Source: Deltaproteobacteria bacterium (GTDB lineage: Bacteria; Myxococcota_A; Polyangia; Fen-1088). Taken from it: a stretch of DNA of 64,000 nt. Position numbers and translations under genes: made by a program. The stretch covers positions 1 to 64,000 of the forward strand of contig JANRKS010000005.1 in NCBI GenBank assembly GCA_033763315.1, given 5' to 3'. Below are positions 63,153 to 64,000 of this stretch, piece by piece. Position 1 is the first letter of the stretch. Each line of letters starts with the position of its first letter. Under the pieces are notes generated by a model that saw only the letters and a list, made by a program, of their open reading frames with translations, had not been told where the DNA came from and made no database searches.

Positions 63153-64000
63153 TCACACTCGCTGCGGCCAAGCCTCAAGCACACCGCGCCCCCACCGCAA
63201 GAGGTTAGGCAACGCCGACTCGTCACCCGCTGTTAGAGGTGGCTCGGGGAGTGCGCCCCTTAGTGAGAGATCGAGAAGAATGCCCCTCGCTTCATTGGCC
63301 TTCACCACAGCTGCTACATCAGGCAATTGCGCGGCCGATTGCTCTAATGCAAGCAGGTGCCACGCCGTAAGAAGCACCGCAGACCAATCCACCCAGAGCA
63401 GAGAATCGGCAGCGACGAGCTTGGCGAGGGCGCTCGGATGCTTGAGTCGGAAGGAGCCGGCCCCCTTGCCTGGCGCGCGAGCGACGATGCCGGACGTTTC
63501 CAGGTCCCCGAACAGTCTTTCCACAGTTCGCCGCGTGTATCCCAGGAAATCAAGATGGGCAGAGGGCATCCACCGTCCTTCGGCGGCCACCAGCTCACAG
63601 AAGACATCCGCCCGCGCACCGTTGCCCGCAAGCCCCCTCATGCGCAGCCTCACGAGGGACGGACGTTCCACCGGCGGTGCACGCATGGAAGTATGGCTCG
63701 TCTCAACGCGCGCCGAGGCCTTCTTCCAACTGGCAGCACTGCCTGGAAGTCGATCGACAAACGCTGTAAACGCCGTCAGAAGCTGCTTGGGTTGCTTGCG
63801 GGCGAGGCCCCACAAGCGCGTCTGGCTCACGCAGTGGCCATGCTGGGCGCACCAGGCGCTAACTTGCTCGGTAAGGCGCGGCTCTTCTTGCACGAGAGAC
63901 GGCGTAAACACGATGAGCGGCTCAAGGTCCATAGCGACGTGTTTGTATCGCCGCTCCACACCGGGGACTCCCAGCTCCGTCCATGCGTTCCAAAGCAGCT
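63153..64000 (-). CDS. Hypothetical protein with wHTH-like segment, 5'-truncated by window edge
   Basis: Frame is open to the window end (LLWNAWTELGVPG); DLEPLIVFT..EPRL, LRMRGLAG.GARADV, LGYTRRTVER. Confidence 0.65.
   Translation of the reverse strand, partial: LLWNAWTELGVPGVERRYKHVAMDLEPLIVFTPSLVQEEPRLTEQVSAWCAQHGHCVSQTRLWGLARKQPKQLLTAFTAFVDRLPGSAASWKKASARVETSHTSMRAPPVERPSLVRLRMRGLAGNGARADVFCELVAAEGRWMPSAHLDFLGYTRRTVERLFGDLETSGIVARAPGKGAGSFRLKHPSALAKLVAADSLLWVDWSAVLLTAWHLLALEQSAAQLPDVAAVVKANEARGILLDLSLRGALPEPPLTAGDESALPNLLRWGRGVLEAWPQRV

Overview
GC-rich bacterial chromosome segment, probably from Myxococcota. That placement is an inference from DUF1552/DUF1592 expansion, Gly-rich lipoproteins, a MYXO-CTERM-like tail and Uma2. 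The housekeeping anchors are a type IIA topoisomerase A-B pair, dNK-panB-panC, and groES-groEL with two CIRCE elements. The accessory DNA is dominated by six DUF1552 (HXXSHH)-family genes. Three pair with canonical DUF1592/DUF1588 monoheme lipoproteins. One is a lipid-anchored minimal variant. Two form a distinct subfamily found next to an unrecognised ~720-aa diheme cytochrome c lipoprotein family, present as two intact paralogs plus one frameshifted relic. This is the best candidate for an undescribed envelope redox/metalloenzyme system. The window also holds carbohydrate-related genes, an ECF sigma/anti-sigma unit, and a yehQ/L/M/P-like SWIM-MoxR-VWA operon bracketed by copies of a ~33-bp motif that occurs three times. 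Other notable elements are a 115-bp groEL duplication differing only at synonymous sites, a perfect 32-bp palindrome and many short gene relics. No rRNA, tRNA, CRISPR array, integrase or transposase was seen. All family assignments come from motif recognition by eye, not from database searches.
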